From contig CAWIAD010000002.1 of the NCBI GenBank assembly GCA_963833985.1, forward strand, positions 544,001 to 608,000: a stretch of DNA of 64,000 nt. Direction: 5' to 3'. Below the pieces are notes generated by a model that worked only from the letters and a program-made list of their open reading frames with translations, was not told the origin of the DNA and did not search any database. Shown piece by piece: positions 62,341 to 64,000 of the stretch; the stretch's first letter is position 1; each line of letters starts with the position of its first letter. The translations under genes were made by a program, and so were the position numbers. This DNA is from an uncultured Planctomycetaceae bacterium (GTDB lineage: Bacteria; Planctomycetota; Planctomycetia; Isosphaerales; Isosphaeraceae).

Positions 62341-64000
62341 ATGAGACTTTTGCTCAGAAAACTCCTCAAGCTGGTGATGATCCTCGGCATCCTGGTGGGG
62401 TGTTACCTGGGTTACGTGCGCGCCTTCGACACGGTCATGGCGCGGCTGGTCGCTACCCGCAGGGTCGACGAAGTCCCTTTCATCGTCAGAGACTCACGGT
62501 CGAAACGCGAGGCCATTGCTCATGCACGCGAGTCGTTCGGCCGCGACCACTGGACCGCTGACGATAACCTCCAGTTACGTTATTACAACGCCGAACGCGG
62601 GTTCTGGATGTACTCGCAGCACGACGATCCCGTGATCGAGGAAGATGGCGTCCGCTACGACCGAAAACGCATCCGCTTGCGCCCCGCAGCCATCATCTGG
62701 CGTGCCAAGGACGGCAGCAGCACGAAGACCGTCACGGCCGAGGAAGCGATCATCGACTTCAATCAGCCCCTCTCCTTCAACGCCAGGCCGGATGGCGAGC
62801 CAATCATCGTCAAGCACGCGCGGCTGGAACGCAACGTGCAGATCCGCGACGACCGCGGAACGCCGGCAGACCGTAGCGACGACATGAACATCGGCCCGCT
62901 GACCTGGGTCGAGTACAACGACGACAAGCTGGAGATCACCAGCGATTCCGACGTTCTCATCGTTGATCCCGACACCCGGATCACCGGCAACGGGATGCTC
63001 ATCAAACTTCGCCCCAAGTCCGACGCCAAAGCTTCCTCCGCACGCTCGTCGGGTTTCGAAGGCGCCCAGAGTGCACAGCTCAATCGCAACCCGGTCGTCG
63101 TCTTCACCGACGTCGGCAAGACCGGCATTCTTCCCGACACGGCACAGACACGGAACAACGCCGCCGGCAAGGTCGAGCTGAACCCTCAGGTGGATCCCTC
63201 GCGACAACCCAGGCTGGAAGCCTCGCCAGGCAAGAAGACCGCCGTGCCGGTTCCCATGGAGATCCGTGCCGAGGGACCGATGCAGATTTCCTTTCCCAAG
63301 CCGCAACTGCCGGTCAAGGAAGGTCCCCCCGCGCCTGCCGGCCCCACGCTCGTGCACTTCGAACGCAACGTGGTGGTGCGCCGCGGCAAGCCGAGCGAAC
63401 AGCCCGATCAGCTCGGCAGCGACAACCTCGACCTGACCCTGGTCCCGTCCGAAAAGACCCCGGAGCCAAAGCGCCCTCTAAAAGCCAAGCAGGAGAACGA
63501 GCAGCACGGAGCGCTGGGCGACCTGGTCTTGCAGCGCGTGCACGCCACTGGCCATGCCGTCTGGCTGAAGTCGCCTGCCAACGGTGTGCGGACCTTCAGT
63601 AATGAGCTGTTGCACAAGATCGGCGGGCCGGGCGGACCCAATACCACCTACTGGAGCGCTGATGACACCCGGAAAGTCGTCATCGAGAAATACGACTTCA
63701 CCGAGCAACGCCCCCAGGGACCCCAGGGCCCTGTCGTGCGCAAACCGGAATCAGTCACTCACATCTGGACGGTCGACGTCACCATGGTTGACAGCGGCAC
63801 GGGCATGGAGACCGCCAATCTCTTTGCGCGGCCCAGGACTGCTGGAGACACGCCCCGTTCCCGACAGGACCGACAGCTCGCTCAAGGACGTTCCACCCGA
63901 TCGCACGGCCGTCTGGCAAGACCTGATGATGCTCAAGAACCTGCTCGGCCCGGACAAGAAGATCGCCCAGCGCGAGATCGTTCTGAAAGGCCGTCCCAAG
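62341..64000 (+). CDS. Large membrane-anchored protein, possibly LptC/LptA(OstA)-like, running off the window (probable frameshift near 63828)
   Basis: Frame from ATG 62341 (MRLLLRKLLKLVMILGILVGCYLGY, TM anchor) appears open to the window end and is absent from the ORF track; beta-rich repeats; sits after kdsD-kdsC where lptCA usually lie. Confidence 0.55.
   Translation, partial: MRLLLRKLLKLVMILGILVGCYLGYVRAFDTVMARLVATRRVDEVPFIVRDSRSKREAIAHARESFGRDHWTADDNLQLRYYNAERGFWMYSQHDDPVIEEDGVRYDRKRIRLRPAAIIWRAKDGSSTKTVTAEEAIIDFNQPLSFNARPDGEPIIVKHARLERNVQIRDDRGTPADRSDDMNIGPLTWVEYNDDKLEITSDSDVLIVDPDTRITGNGMLIKLRPKSDAKASSARSSGFEGAQSAQLNRNPVVVFTDVGKTGILPDTAQTRNNAAGKVELNPQVDPSRQPRLEASPGKKTAVPVPMEIRAEGPMQISFPKPQLPVKEGPPAPAGPTLVHFERNVVVRRGKPSEQPDQLGSDNLDLTLVPSEKTPEPKRPLKAKQENEQHGALGDLVLQRVHATGHAVWLKSPANGVRTFSNELLHKIGGPGGPNTTYWSADDTRKVVIEKYDFTEQRPQGPQGPVVRKPESVTHIWTVDVTMVDSGTGMETANLFARPRTAGDTPRSRQDRQLAQGRSTRSHGRLARPDDAQEPARPGQEDRPARDRSERPSQ

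Noticed and set aside
1..64000. tRNA, rRNA, riboswitch, prophage or integrase
   Set aside because: None recognised by eye; a covariance-model search would be needed to exclude small RNAs.

Overview
This is a GC-rich chromosomal window whose gene content points to a planctomycete (DUF1549/DUF1553 cytochrome plus DUF1501 pair, ECF sigma/Ser-Thr kinase pair, ECF-HlyD fusion, Uma2 and DUF4058 families). It encodes glutamate synthase gltBD followed by a circularly permuted ATP-grasp / alpha-E / transglutaminase cluster. A second, convergent ATP-grasp-alpha-E + transglutaminase locus lies near 56.6-60.2 kb behind a sigma54-type promoter. Other genes include msrA, a TipA-like MerR regulator, sugar and sulfate catabolic enzymes, clpX and the kdsD-kdsC-lpt start of an LPS locus. 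Mobile DNA comprises an IS701 element (4-bp TSD), an IS231-like IS4-family element with an unusually long 21-bp target duplication, and a 945-bp tandem duplication of a DUF4058 gene with mosaic patches. The most striking feature is a RAYT-like HUH (Y1) transposase gene (7448-8815). It is flanked on both sides by outward-pointing arrays of one end motif (AGAA(G)TGTGGRTGGCCC), built from nested, variable-length reiterations of the element's own ends plus telomere-like 6-13-nt repeats of the junction sequence. About a dozen genes carry small frameshifts, mostly at GCGC motifs, which look like long-read errors. All family calls come from motif recognition by eye, not database searches.
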